Assembly (NCBI GenBank): GCA_903843285.1
Contig: CAIMPC010000073.1
Location: 20,578 to 84,577, forward strand
Length of the DNA stretch: 64,000 bases
Direction of reading: 5' to 3'
Source of the DNA: Candidatus Omnitrophota bacterium
GTDB lineage: Bacteria > Omnitrophota > Gorgyraeia > 2-01-FULL-45-10
The number at the start of each line of letters is the position of its first letter. The first letter of the stretch is position 1. Below are positions 13,847 through 23,713 of the stretch, in pieces. Made by a program: the position numbers and the translations under genes. The notes under the pieces are model-generated. The model was not told where the DNA came from. It did not search any database and saw only the letters and a list, made by a program, of their open reading frames with translations.

Positions 13847-14906
13847 CCGCTATTCTGACGACTCCCGGTTTCTCCGCATCTACGAGCTCGAGCGCCACGG
13901 TCTCTTGATCGACGTTCTTAAGAAGGCTTACCAGATAGTCGGGGTTGAATCCTATAGACAGGTCCTTCCCTTTATACTGAACGTCGAGGGCCACCCGAGC
14001 CTCGCCCGTATGGGGATCGCTCTTAGACAGGACTATCTTATCTTTGGATGCATCCACCCTAATAAACATCGAGTCGGGACTGGTAAACAGCGCGACTCTT
14101 TTTATCGCGCCCAGAAGCGCGGTCCTGGAAACAACCATTTTATCTTTGGCCTCTTCCGGTATCACCCGTTCATAGTTGGGAAATTCCCCCTCTATAAGCC
14201 TCGATACTAGCTTCGTCGTCCCCGTATCAAACATTACCTGTTTCTCCGCAACCGATATCTTCACATCGCCATCGTCGGTAAGCATCCTGTCCAACTCGCT
14301 CACCGCCTTGGCCGGCAATATAAACTTTCCCTCGAGCGTTTTTGGCAGTTGCATCTTCTCCTCGGTCATAGCCAGACACCTGCCATCGGTGGCGACTAAC
14401 CTTAGGTGGGAGGGTTTCAATACAAACAATATACCGTTAAGCACATGTCTTATCTCATCATGCCCCGCCGCAAAACCCGTTCTGCGGAGTAGCGTCTTCA
14501 GCCTCGCCTGCTTCAGTGTAATATAATTCTTATCTTTAAACTCAGGGGGTTTGGAAAACTCTTCCTCCGACAGCCCCATAATTTTAAAATTACTATTCCC
14601 GCATTCTATGTTGATAATATTATTCTTTTTCACTGATATTGATATAATTTCGTCCGGCAGTTCTTTTATAATCTCCGCCAGCTTCTTTGCCGGCACCGTT
14701 ATAGCGCCCGTAATGGATGGCTTAACAGGTATGACTGTAATTATACCGATATTAAAATCTGTCGCTGTCAGGGTTATATTATCATTCGTTGCTTCCATTA
14801 ATATGTGGGACAAGATCGGTTGAATGGTTTTTGAATCAATAACAGTCTGTACGCTCTGTATCCCTTTTAATAATAAATCTTTTGGCGCCGATATTTTCAT
14901 TCCCAA
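13806..14906 (-). CDS. dnaN: DNA polymerase III beta sliding clamp
   Basis: 366 aa, three-domain clamp similarity, downstream of dnaA. Confidence 0.9.
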   Translation of the reverse strand: MGMKISAPKDLLLKGIQSVQTVIDSKTIQPILSHILMEATNDNITLTATDFNIGIITVIPVKPSITGAITVPAKKLAEIIKELPDEIISISVKKNNIINIECGNSNFKIMGLSEEEFSKPPEFKDKNYITLKQARLKTLLRRTGFAAGHDEIRHVLNGILFVLKPSHLRLVATDGRCLAMTEEKMQLPKTLEGKFILPAKAVSELDRMLTDDGDVKISVAEKQVMFDTGTTKLVSRLIEGEFPNYERVIPEEAKDKMVVSRTALLGAIKRVALFTSPDSMFIRVDASKDKIVLSKSDPHTGEARVALDVQYKGKDLSIGFNPDYLVSLLKNVDQETVALELVDAEKPGVVRIADEYVYVVMPRQPI

Positions 14907-14959
14907 AAACTCCCTTCTATTAATAAGTATTTAAAGATAGTAATAATCGTAGTAATGGC

Positions 14960-14968
14960 TGTGGATAA
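14960..14968 (-). promoter_or_regulatory. DnaA box (perfect TTATCCACA, reverse orientation)
   Basis: tgtggataa in dnaA-dnaN intergenic AT-rich spacer. Confidence 0.7.
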
Positions 14969-15038
14969 GTGTGTAACTCACTAACTGCTTATATACCAAT
15001 AAGTTGAGAAATTGTAATCCGCTAAAATAAGAGACTAC

Positions 15039-15047
15039 TTATCCACA
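15039..15047 (+). promoter_or_regulatory. DnaA box (perfect TTATCCACA)
   Basis: ttatccaca 22 bp downstream of dnaA stop; paired with box at 14960. Confidence 0.7.
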
Positions 15048-15068
15048 CAGCCAACAGGATATAAACCG

Positions 15069-16445
15069 CTATCCCTTAATACTTTCTATTAAGCGGTCCA
15101 ATAAAATCGTAAAACCCTCTTTAGTCTTCAAATCCCCTTCCACTTTAGAGCAGGCGTGCATTACAGTGGTATGGTCACGCCCGCCAAACTGATCCCCTAT
15201 CTCGGGAAGCGAGTATTCCGTGAGTTGCCTGGCCAGATACATCGCCACCTGCCTCGGGTATGCGATAGCTTTAGAACGCTTCTTCGCCCTCATATCCGAT
15301 AGTTTGATGTCGAAGTATTCGCTGACCTTTCGCTGTATAAGATCGATCGTGACCTTCTTCTCGCCCTCGATTATCATGTCCTTTAAAACTTCCTTCGCAA
15401 GCTCCACCGAAACAGTCTTGCCTATGAGCTTAGAATAGGCGACGACGCGTATTAAAGCACCTTCGAGCTCTCTGATGTTTGTCTTAACTTTCTCGGCGAG
15501 AAAATAGAATATGTCCTCACCGAGAGATGTGCCCGCCAACTCCGACTTTCTCTTTAGTATGGCGATCCTCGTCTCGAAATCAGGCGGCTGGATGTCGGTA
15601 ACCAGGCCATACAAGAACCGCGATACCAGGCGCTCTTCCAGCTTATTGATCTCCTTTGGCGGGCGGTCGCTCGTGACAACGATTTGCTTGTGGGCGTCGT
15701 ATAAAGTGTTGAAGGTGTGGAAAAACTCTTCCTGGGTGGAGTCTTTCCCCGCTATAAAATGTACGTCATCTATCAATAATAGATCGACGCTGCGGTACTT
15801 ATCCCTGAATTTAGTCATCGTGCGATTTTGAATCGCGCCTATCATCTCATTGCAGAAGTCCTCGCTGGATATATATAGTATCTTAACCTTCGGATTCTTT
15901 TGAAGCACACAATCGCCTATAGCATGCATTATGTGAGTCTTGCCGAGGCCGGTGCCCCCGTATATGAATAATGGATTATAGGCTTTAGCCAGGGAGTCTG
16001 ATACCGCCATCGCCGCCGCGTGAGCAAATCTATTAGACGGCCCGATGACGAAACTGTCAAATGTATATTTGGGGTTCAGGCCTATCTCTCCGGCGTGGTC
16101 CGAAATGTGTTTTGAAAAAGGCCAAAAACCTTTAGCCTCTTTTCTCTCCCCATCTTTTTTAGCGCTATCAGGGATCGCCGGCGCCGGCAGGCGATCATTC
16201 AATACGAATTCAATAGCTATATTAGCACCGCACGCCCTCCTGACGCCGGAATTGATAATAGGCATATATCTATTCATAAGCCAGTCCTGACAGAATTTGT
16301 TGGGGATCTCGAGAATCATCTTTTCCGACGTGCATGAAGAGCAGTTGATAGGACCGAACCATATATTAAAGGTTTGCTCATTATCGAGATCCTTCCTTAT
16401 ATGTTCTAGAGCCTTACTCCAGGCCGTGGCACCGGAATTACTCAT
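15069..16445 (-). CDS. dnaA: Chromosomal replication initiator DnaA
   Basis: 458 aa; AAA+ Walker A GGTGLGKTHIMHAIG, C-terminal DNA-binding domain. Confidence 0.95.
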   Translation of the reverse strand: MSNSGATAWSKALEHIRKDLDNEQTFNIWFGPINCSSCTSEKMILEIPNKFCQDWLMNRYMPIINSGVRRACGANIAIEFVLNDRLPAPAIPDSAKKDGERKEAKGFWPFSKHISDHAGEIGLNPKYTFDSFVIGPSNRFAHAAAMAVSDSLAKAYNPLFIYGGTGLGKTHIMHAIGDCVLQKNPKVKILYISSEDFCNEMIGAIQNRTMTKFRDKYRSVDLLLIDDVHFIAGKDSTQEEFFHTFNTLYDAHKQIVVTSDRPPKEINKLEERLVSRFLYGLVTDIQPPDFETRIAILKRKSELAGTSLGEDIFYFLAEKVKTNIRELEGALIRVVAYSKLIGKTVSVELAKEVLKDMIIEGEKKVTIDLIQRKVSEYFDIKLSDMRAKKRSKAIAYPRQVAMYLARQLTEYSLPEIGDQFGGRDHTTVMHACSKVEGDLKTKEGFTILLDRLIESIKG

Positions 16446-16463
16446 ATATTCCTTAATCTGTGG

Positions 16464-16472
16464 TTATCCACA
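16464..16472 (+). promoter_or_regulatory. DnaA box (perfect TTATCCACA) within tgtggTTATCCACAa; second near-box TTATTCACA at 16507..16515; adjacent AT-rich stretch 16561..16616 (candidate oriC/DUE)
   Basis: Located in rpmH-dnaA divergent intergenic region where transcription polarity of the whole window switches. Confidence 0.65.
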
Positions 16473-16610
16473 ATATAATCCGCGTAATCCTACGTAAAAT
16501 AACAAGTTATTCACATGTTGTGCACAGTTGAATTGGATGTAAAACAAAGGCAACATGCGCTATTATATAAAAGTATTTTCGCTAATGCAAGGAAAATTGA
16601 AATTAAATTA

Positions 16611-16638
16611 TTGACTGAAGGGGGCGATGTGCTATAAT
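16611..16638 (+). promoter_or_regulatory. Sigma-70 promoter of rpmH (TTGACT-16-TGcTATAAT, extended -10)
   Basis: ttgact at 16611..16616, tgctataat ending 16638, 16-nt spacer; SD aagggagaga before ATG 16678. Confidence 0.65.
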
Positions 16639-16677
16639 CTACTTCGCGATTAACGCAAAAAAGGGAGAGAAGAAAAA

Positions 16678-16815
16678 ATGAAATTAGGATTAAAACCAAA
16701 GTCAAATATAAAGAGAAAGAGAAAGCACGGATTCAGAAAGAGAATGAGCGATCGCTGGGGCAGGGAAGTCCTGAGAAGGCGCAGAAAAAAGGGACGTCAC
16801 AAGCTGACGGTATGA
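16678..16815 (+). CDS. rpmH: 50S ribosomal protein L34
   Basis: 45-aa [48 protein letters not shown] (below ORF-track cut-off), canonical L34; stop overlaps rnpA start. Confidence 0.9.
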   Translation: MKLGLKPKSNIKRKRKHGFRKRMSDRWGREVLRRRRKKGRHKLTV

Positions 16816-17204
16816 CGGTTAGCGAAGACCGAACAGGCAGACGCTTAATCTCCGACGAGAAATTTAGCAAAAATGAGCATATGCTCAAGTCCGGAGAGTT
16901 CAGGGCCGTATATAAAAACGGCAGGTCTGTAAGGAGTGAGGGTTTTGTATTGTCTGTCGCAGGAAACGGCCTGGAGCATAACCGGCTCGGTTTTTCTATA
17001 AGCTCCTCATGTATAAAGCGCGCCCACATCAGAAACCGGATTCGCAGATTATTCCGCGAAGTTTATAGGAAGAACAAACCTTTATTTAAAAAAGCTTATG
17101 ATATCGTGATAATTGTGAGAAAAAACCCAGGGGACAACCTGTTTTATGAGAATGCGCATCGGATATTATTATCATTGGCAAGCAAGGCCGAAATATTAGC
17201 ATGA
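16812..17204 (+). CDS. rnpA: Ribonuclease P protein component
   Basis: 130 aa basic protein following rpmH; RNase P protein-like ([23 protein letters not shown]). Confidence 0.8.
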   Translation: MTVSEDRTGRRLISDEKFSKNEHMLKSGEFRAVYKNGRSVRSEGFVLSVAGNGLEHNRLGFSISSSCIKRAHIRNRIRRLFREVYRKNKPLFKKAYDIVIIVRKNPGDNLFYENAHRILLSLASKAEILA

Positions 17205-17419
17205 TATACTTAAAAAAATTGGTATTAGGCGCCTTAAATATATATCGTAAGTACTTATCCCCCATGAAGATACGGTGTTGCAGGTTCTATCCCTCCTGCT
17301 CCGATTATGCAATAGAAGCTATAGAAAAGCACGGGCTATTAGAAGGCTCATTTAAGGGACTCAAAAGGATTTTACGCTGCCAGCCATTTTCTGCGGGCGG
17401 GTATGATCCAGTAAGGTGA
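17201..17419 (+). CDS. yidD: Membrane protein insertion efficiency factor YidD
   Basis: 72 aa; YRKYLSP...CRFYPSCSDYAIEAIEKHG signature. Confidence 0.9.
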   Translation: MIYLKKLVLGALNIYRKYLSPMKIRCCRFYPSCSDYAIEAIEKHGLLEGSFKGLKRILRCQPFSAGGYDPVR

Positions 17420-17426
17420 TCTAAAA

Positions 17427-19016
17427 ATGGAAAAAAGACTTATATTAGCGATCGTTTTATCCGTACTTATAGTATTGGGATTTCAATATTTGGCACCGAG
17501 GCCACCCATTGTACCTGTGAGCCGGGCACCTGCAACCGCCATCGGACAAGCTCTGAAGCAGGCTGAAATTGCGCAGCCGGCCGTTCCTACCGTAGAAGAG
17601 ACAGAACTTAAGGCGGAGACGGACAATTATATATTGACTTTCAGTAACATAGGTGGCTCGATAAAGAAGATCGCATTAAAAAAGTTTAAGGATTCTCAGG
17701 CAGTAAATAATCTAGATTTGATTAGCCTATCGAAGCCGTCCGAATATATATTAAGCATATCTAGTAACAGCAATCCTGAGATTGATAACGCCGCTTACAT
17801 ACCACAGGTTAAAGACAATGTTATAATATATAGATTAAATAGCGGAAATCTTCTAATAACTAAAAAGTATACTCTCCATAAAGCTAAATACGGCATTGAT
17901 TTGGAGTTATCAAGCAAAAATACCGCAGACTCTCCCACCCCATTTAGTTACAGAATCGTGGGTGGAGCGGGTCTTACAGAAACCGGAATGCAGGATAAAA
18001 GATATGTAGAGGTCACGGCCGACATCAATGGTAAGGCGCTCGGATTTAAGAAGCCAAAACAGGATCAACGCACGATCAACCTCGGCGTTGTAAACTGGTC
18101 AGCACTCAAGAATAAATATTTTTCACTTGTTCTAAAACCTCTTTCATTGACAAGGGCACAGTTTTACAGCGAAGACAAAGACGGTGTGATCGTAATGGGC
18201 GTCGATGTCGATGCTGTTAATATTCAGCCGAACTCGACTATAGACAATAGATTTGTTCTATATTGTGGTCCGAGCAGTATCCAAACGCTAAAAGAGCTGA
18301 ATTATGGGCTAGAGGCGACGGTGAACTACGGATTTTTCGGCGGAATTAGCAAGGTTATGCTGGCGGTCATGGGGTTCTTTCATAACGTAACCCACAGCTG
18401 GGGCTTTTCCATAATATTATTGGCAGTATTCCTTAATCTGATACTATTTCCTCTTACCGTCAAAAGCTTTAAGTCGATGCAGAAGATGCAGGAGCTTCAT
18501 CCACAGATGGAACAGCTAAAAAAACAATATAAAGACAACCCAGAGAAAATGAATAAGTCCGTTATGGAGCTTTATAAGAAATATAATATTAATCCGCTGA
18601 GTGGATGTCTGCCGATAGTGCTTCAAATGCCTATTTTTATAGCACTCTATTCTGCACTAATGAAGTCGATAGAGCTTCGTAATACAGGTTTTTTCTGGAT
18701 AAAAGACCTGTCATCACCTGATGCTGTAAGGTTGCCATTCACCCTGCCGTTTCTCGGAAATAGTATAAATATACTTCCGCTCATCATGGTTGCTGCTATG
18801 GTCATGCAGCAGAAGATTTCGACGAAGACAATGGGAGGTGCGGTAACGCCCGAACAGAAAGAACAGCAGAAAATTATGTTGATAGTGATGCCCATCGTCT
18901 TCGGGTTTATTTTCTATAGCATGCCGTCAGGATTAGTGCTTTACTGGGTAGTGAATACTGCATTAACCATAGTCGAGCAATCGTCGTTAGCAAAAAATAG
19001 CGTATCAGTAGTTTGA
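17427..19016 (+). CDS. yidC: Membrane protein insertase YidC
   Basis: 529 aa; N-terminal TM, periplasmic domain, C-terminal 5-TM Oxa1/YidC core. Confidence 0.9.
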   Translation: MEKRLILAIVLSVLIVLGFQYLAPRPPIVPVSRAPATAIGQALKQAEIAQPAVPTVEETELKAETDNYILTFSNIGGSIKKIALKKFKDSQAVNNLDLISLSKPSEYILSISSNSNPEIDNAAYIPQVKDNVIIYRLNSGNLLITKKYTLHKAKYGIDLELSSKNTADSPTPFSYRIVGGAGLTETGMQDKRYVEVTADINGKALGFKKPKQDQRTINLGVVNWSALKNKYFSLVLKPLSLTRAQFYSEDKDGVIVMGVDVDAVNIQPNSTIDNRFVLYCGPSSIQTLKELNYGLEATVNYGFFGGISKVMLAVMGFFHNVTHSWGFSIILLAVFLNLILFPLTVKSFKSMQKMQELHPQMEQLKKQYKDNPEKMNKSVMELYKKYNINPLSGCLPIVLQMPIFIALYSALMKSIELRNTGFFWIKDLSSPDAVRLPFTLPFLGNSINILPLIMVAAMVMQQKISTKTMGGAVTPEQKEQQKIMLIVMPIVFGFIFYSMPSGLVLYWVVNTALTIVEQSSLAKNSVSVV

Positions 19017-19071
19017 TTTTTGAAATCGGAGTGTAATCTTTTAAGTAAATGAGCGTAGGAGTAGTGATTTT

Positions 19072-19083
19072 TTCCACGTGGAA
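19072..19083. promoter_or_regulatory. Perfect 12-bp palindrome TTCCACGTGGAA, variant parS-like site upstream of parA
   Basis: 16-mer ttttccacgtggaaca matches parS consensus tGTTtCACGTGaAACa at 13/16 with conserved CACGTG core; 10 bp upstream of parA start. Confidence 0.5.
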
Positions 19084-19093
19084 CATTTGGTAA

Positions 19094-19948
19094 ATGCCTA
19101 AAACAATCGCCATATGCAATCAAAAAGGTGGTGTCGGTAAGACGACAACCGCTATCAATCTTGCTACCTTTTTGGCTTTTCTCCAGAAGCGCACTCTACT
19201 TATTGACATAGACCCTCAGGGCAACGCTACGAGCGGTATTGGCATAAATAAACATAATATTAAGGAAAGCGTATATGAAATGCTCGTTGAAGATGCGGAC
19301 CCAAGATCTATAATTATCAGTAGCGGTATAGACCATTTCTCACTTGCACCCTCCACATTGAGTCTTACTGGAGCTGAGGTTGAGCTTGTGGCCGTAATGG
19401 GGCGCGAATATAAATTAAAAAAAGCCCTAATATCGATATCATCCGAATACGACTACATAATTATCGATTGTCCTCCTTCCTTGGGGTTATTGACGATCAA
19501 TGCTCTTGCTGCGGCGGATTCGGTCCTGATACCGGTTCAGTGCGAATACTATGCTCTCGAAGGCCTTAGTCAGCTAGTCAACACAATCAATCTAGTCAGG
19601 GAGAATATTAATTCGGCGCTTACTATCGAAGGTGTCTTGCTTACGATGGCCGATTTTAGGACTAAACTGACCACCGAAGTCATAAATGAGGCAAGGAACT
19701 TCTTTAAGGGCAGGGTTTATAATACAGTTATACCTCGCAATATTCGCTTAACTGAGGCACCTGGTTTTGGTAAACCGATAGCTCTTTACGATAAGCATTC
19801 TATCGGTGCCCAAAAATATCGAGAGTTTACCGAGGAACTGTTAGACGTTAAGAAAGATATCAATCAGCCAAATATAGCACATAGTGTAGATATCCCCAGT
19901 AATGTCAATGAGTTACAGAAGATTGGTGATATTGAGAAGAGTCAATAA
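19094..19948 (+). CDS. parA: Chromosome partitioning ATPase ParA/Soj
   Basis: 284 aa; deviant Walker A KGGVGKTT. Confidence 0.9.
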   Translation: MPKTIAICNQKGGVGKTTTAINLATFLAFLQKRTLLIDIDPQGNATSGIGINKHNIKESVYEMLVEDADPRSIIISSGIDHFSLAPSTLSLTGAEVELVAVMGREYKLKKALISISSEYDYIIIDCPPSLGLLTINALAAADSVLIPVQCEYYALEGLSQLVNTINLVRENINSALTIEGVLLTMADFRTKLTTEVINEARNFFKGRVYNTVIPRNIRLTEAPGFGKPIALYDKHSIGAQKYREFTEELLDVKKDINQPNIAHSVDIPSNVNELQKIGDIEKSQ

Positions 19949-19970
19949 AAATATCTAACGGGAGAAAACA

Positions 19971-20891
19971 ATGTCAAACAAAGCGCTTGGTCGCGGTTTA
20001 GAAGCTCTATTGAACTCAGCGACAGCCGGATCTATCCCATCAGCGATTACGCCGCCGGTAAGCAGTGAGCAGATATTGCAGGTACCGATAGCGCAGATTA
20101 AGACTAATAAGTACCAGCCCCGACTGGAATTTGATCAGGAGAAGCTAAAAGACCTTATTAGTTCTATCAAAGAGAAAGGTGTTATTCAGCCAGTGTTAGT
20201 TAGGAAGCGTGGCGATATCTATGAGCTTATAGCAGGTGAGAGGAGATTTCGAGCGGCGAAAGAGTTGGCAATAGAAACAATACCCGCGATCGTAAAAAAT
20301 GTAGCAGATATCGATATGCTCGAGATATCGCTTATTGAAAACATTCAGCGCGAAGAGCTTAATGCCATAGAAGAGGCGATCGCGTTCCAGAGATTTATTA
20401 CGGACTTTGGTTTTACACAGGAGAAGATTGCACAGGCCCTGGGTAAAGATCGCTCGACGATAGCCAATACCATCAGATTATTAGGGTTGCCTAAAAAGGT
20501 ACAGGATTACATTTCCAAGGGCATTATTTCAGCCGGCCACGCTAAGGCACTGTTATCTCTTCCGATGGAGATTGATCAGATCAGGGCTTGTAATCTTATA
20601 GTGAAAAAAGGCTTGTCCGTGAGGGAGACCGAATCTCTCGTCGGCCGTAGGGCGGGATCGACCAAGCCCGGCATTGAGGTTCGGAAAGAGCAGGGCATCG
20701 TAGATATAGAGAGCCATCTGCAGCAATTGTTCGGCACACGTGTTCGAATTTTACACGGGAAGAAGAGAGGTAGGATACAGATAGAATACTATTCCACAGA
20801 AGACATGAATCGCATACTGGATTTGCTAAATAAAAAAAGTTTATCCGCAACCACCAAGCCAAGCGAGGCCTCAAATTCCATAGCGATATAG
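19971..20891 (+). CDS. parB: Chromosome partitioning protein ParB/Spo0J
   Basis: 306 aa; ParB box GERRFRAA, HTH, C-terminal dimerisation domain. Confidence 0.9.
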   Translation: MSNKALGRGLEALLNSATAGSIPSAITPPVSSEQILQVPIAQIKTNKYQPRLEFDQEKLKDLISSIKEKGVIQPVLVRKRGDIYELIAGERRFRAAKELAIETIPAIVKNVADIDMLEISLIENIQREELNAIEEAIAFQRFITDFGFTQEKIAQALGKDRSTIANTIRLLGLPKKVQDYISKGIISAGHAKALLSLPMEIDQIRACNLIVKKGLSVRETESLVGRRAGSTKPGIEVRKEQGIVDIESHLQQLFGTRVRILHGKKRGRIQIEYYSTEDMNRILDLLNKKSLSATTKPSEASNSIAI

Positions 20892-20993
20892 AGATAGCGA
20901 GATAGCGAATAACTCTTGACGAGAAGCCGCTAAATTGATTAGAATAGACTGGCGGTATTTTGTGATATTACGTTTATTATAGGAGAGGATGTT

Positions 20994-21491
20994 ATGGTCG
21001 AACAAACTTTAGTGCTGATTAAACCGGATGGGTTAAGTAAATCGCTTACCGGTAATGTGTTGACACGATTATCAGAAACCAAGCTCGAGATAGTAGCGTC
21101 CAGGATCGTGGAGGTATCGAAGGAGCTCGCCGAGCAGCATTACGCGATGCTTAAAGACAAACCCTTCTTCCCAGATCTTATAAAATACTTGATGGGCGGT
21201 TTTCATAAGAAAAAAGTAATGGCTCTGGTCTATTATGGAGATGACGCAATAGCCAAGATCAGAAAGATTTGCGGTGCCACGAACCCCGAAGAAGCCGATC
21301 CGGTTTCGATACGCGGCGCATACGGCCGCATTACTACCAAGGGCGTGTATGAAAATGTGATACATGCGTCAACGAATCCCGAAGAAGCAGAGCGCGAGAT
21401 AAAATTATGGTTTGCTCCCGATGAGATCATAATGGATCTCTATCCGGTAAAAACGGTAAAGGGAACTTTTGAGAAGAAGATTTGGGTGTAG
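20994..21491 (+). CDS. ndk: Nucleoside diphosphate kinase
   Basis: 165 aa; NDK fold motifs (TLVLIKPDG, NVIHAS). Confidence 0.85.
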   Translation: MVEQTLVLIKPDGLSKSLTGNVLTRLSETKLEIVASRIVEVSKELAEQHYAMLKDKPFFPDLIKYLMGGFHKKKVMALVYYGDDAIAKIRKICGATNPEEADPVSIRGAYGRITTKGVYENVIHASTNPEEAEREIKLWFAPDEIIMDLYPVKTVKGTFEKKIWV

Positions 21492-21500
21492 GGGGATATA

Positions 21501-22379
21501 ATGATAAGGTCGATGACAGGCTTCGGTAAAGGCTCCGCAATATGTAAGAATGGCAGGGTTATCGTTGAGATAAAGACCGTAAACCATAAATATTTTGACG
21601 CCACGCTGAAGCTCCCGACGAATATAATGGCATTCGAAGACAAGATAAAGGAAATTTTGCAGAAGAATATCGTTCGCGGAAAGGTCAGCGTGAACATATC
21701 GTGTGACGGAAGATTATTGAAGGATGACAATTTTTCGATCAATAAAGATGTTGCAAAGATATATTACGCGCAGCTTATGCGGCTGAAAAAATTTCTGGAT
21801 TTAGGTGGCGATATTACCGTAAATGAGCTGGTTGCTCTGCCGGGAGTGCTTAACAACGATGCCGGAGACAGAAATGTAGCGAAGGCATGGCCGGTGGTGA
21901 AATCGGCCGTAGATAATGCATTGAAGCACCTAGTCATAGATAGGGCGAAAGAGGGTAAGGCTCTTTCTGCGGACTTATTATCCAGGACCAGGAAAATAAT
22001 AAAGATGCTCGGTGCGATAAAGCTTAGGGCACATCTCAATATCGATGAATATAAGAGGAGATTCGAAGACCGCGTTAAGTCGCTCACCGGAGGACGCAAT
22101 ATAGACATGGGAAGACTCGAGATGGAGGTTGCGATTTTTGCAAAGAATTGTGATATCTCGGAGGAGATAACGAGGCTTACCAATCATCTGGAGAATTTCA
22201 CTAAAACAATATCGTCTGGGAAAGAGGTTGGGAAGAAGCTTGACTTCATAGCGCAGGAACTTCATAGAGAGATCAACACTATCGGCTCGAAGGCGAGCGA
22301 TTTTAAGATAGCTAAGAACGTGATCGAGATAAAGAGCGAGATAGAAAAGATAAGAGAGCAGGCTAAGAACTTAGAGTGA
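21501..22379 (+). CDS. yicC: YicC-family stress-induced protein (UPF0701)
   Basis: 292 aa beginning MIRSMTGFG; conserved yicC-gmk-rpoZ arrangement. Confidence 0.8.
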   Translation: MIRSMTGFGKGSAICKNGRVIVEIKTVNHKYFDATLKLPTNIMAFEDKIKEILQKNIVRGKVSVNISCDGRLLKDDNFSINKDVAKIYYAQLMRLKKFLDLGGDITVNELVALPGVLNNDAGDRNVAKAWPVVKSAVDNALKHLVIDRAKEGKALSADLLSRTRKIIKMLGAIKLRAHLNIDEYKRRFEDRVKSLTGGRNIDMGRLEMEVAIFAKNCDISEEITRLTNHLENFTKTISSGKEVGKKLDFIAQELHREINTIGSKASDFKIAKNVIEIKSEIEKIREQAKNLE

Positions 22380-22975
22380 GAAGGAATGTCGGAAAATTGA
22401 GTAATGGGAAGGTGTTTGTGGTGTCAGCCCCATCGGGCTGTGGCAAGACCACGCTCTGCGATAAACTGCTAAGAGCCGGGTTCGCTTTGGCGAATTCTAT
22501 ATCGATGACTACCCGCAGTCCCAGGCCCGGAGAGAAGAGAGGAGTCGATTACCATTTTGTTTCGAGAGAGCACTTCCTCGAGTTAGTCAAGAAGGGCGCA
22601 TTTCTGGAGTACGAAGAGAATTTTGGCAATCTCTACGGCACCCCAACGGAATTCATAGAGGCCAATCTCGCCAAAGGAGCCAGCGTCCTCCTTAATGTAG
22701 ATGTAAAAGGCGCCATGAAAGTCCTCCGAGCGTATCCGGATAGAAGCGTCCTGATATTTGTATTGCCGCCATCGATAAAGGTACTTAAGGAGCGACTGCA
22801 TCAACGTAAATCTGATTCGCTGTCGGATATGGCCAGGAGATTGGCGTTGGCCAAGAAGGAAATATTATATAGCGATAAGTACGATTATAGAATAGTAAAT
22901 GATAAACTCGAAGACGCTTATAGAGAACTCAAGCGAATAGTAAAAAAAGAATTGGAGGATTCACATAATGCATAA
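22376..22975 (+). CDS. gmk: Guanylate kinase
   Basis: 199 aa; P-loop SAPSGCGKTT, guanylate kinase signature. Confidence 0.9.
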   Translation: MRRNVGKLSNGKVFVVSAPSGCGKTTLCDKLLRAGFALANSISMTTRSPRPGEKRGVDYHFVSREHFLELVKKGAFLEYEENFGNLYGTPTEFIEANLAKGASVLLNVDVKGAMKVLRAYPDRSVLIFVLPPSIKVLKERLHQRKSDSLSDMARRLALAKKEILYSDKYDYRIVNDKLEDAYRELKRIVKKELEDSHNA

Positions 22976-23171
22976 GGTAGACATCGCGCATTTATTTAAT
23001 CAGACAGGTAGTTCATATAAACTCGTTGTGCTTGCCGCCCGACGGGCGATCGAGTTAAGTGAGGGTGCTGCGAATCTCGTGGAGGCGCCGGCTGGCGCGA
23101 AGCCTATGAACGTCGCGATCGAGGAGATCTCGGAAGGCAAGATAACCTTTAAGGTTGACGCGGAGAAATGA
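22968..23171 (+). CDS. rpoZ: DNA-directed RNA polymerase subunit omega
   Basis: 67 aa; YKLVVLAARRAIEL motif, downstream of gmk. Confidence 0.85.
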   Translation: MHKVDIAHLFNQTGSSYKLVVLAARRAIELSEGAANLVEAPAGAKPMNVAIEEISEGKITFKVDAEK

Positions 23172-23713
23172 AGACGGACAAGAAAACTATAATTCTCGGA
23201 ATCACCGGGTCGATTGCGGCATATAGGGCATGTGACATTATAAGTCTTCTCAGGAAAGACGGTTTCGATGTTCATGTACTGCTTACCAAAGAAGCTAAAG
23301 AGTTCGTCACCATATTGACACTGCAGACATTGTCGCAAAATAAAGTTATTGCGGATATGTTTGACAGTTCCGATAAGTGGAATCCTGTTCATACATCTTT
23401 GGCGGTTAAAGCCGACTTGATATTGGTAGCGCCGGCCACAGCGAATGTTATAGCCAAGCTCGCAGGCGGCTTATGCGATGATATATTGACATGCACTATA
23501 TTTGCCACAGAGGCGCCGGTACTCATAGCGCCCGCTATGAATGATAAAATGTATGAGCACTCCATAACGAAATATAATATTGCGAAGCTGAAAAAGGTAG
23601 GATATCGGTTTATAGGTCCGATAAAGGGTAGGCTTGCCTGCGGATGCGATGCGGTAGGTCACATATCCGGATCAGATGACATAGCGGCTGAAGTGAAGAG
23701 GCTCGTTAAGTGA
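23168..23713 (+). CDS. coaC: Phosphopantothenoylcysteine decarboxylase (stand-alone CoaC flavoprotein)
   Basis: 181 aa; flavoprotein fold GITGSIAAYRA...PAMN; separate ORF overlapping coaB by 4 nt. Confidence 0.8.
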   Translation: MKTDKKTIILGITGSIAAYRACDIISLLRKDGFDVHVLLTKEAKEFVTILTLQTLSQNKVIADMFDSSDKWNPVHTSLAVKADLILVAPATANVIAKLAGGLCDDILTCTIFATEAPVLIAPAMNDKMYEHSITKYNIAKLKKVGYRFIGPIKGRLACGCDAVGHISGSDDIAAEVKRLVK

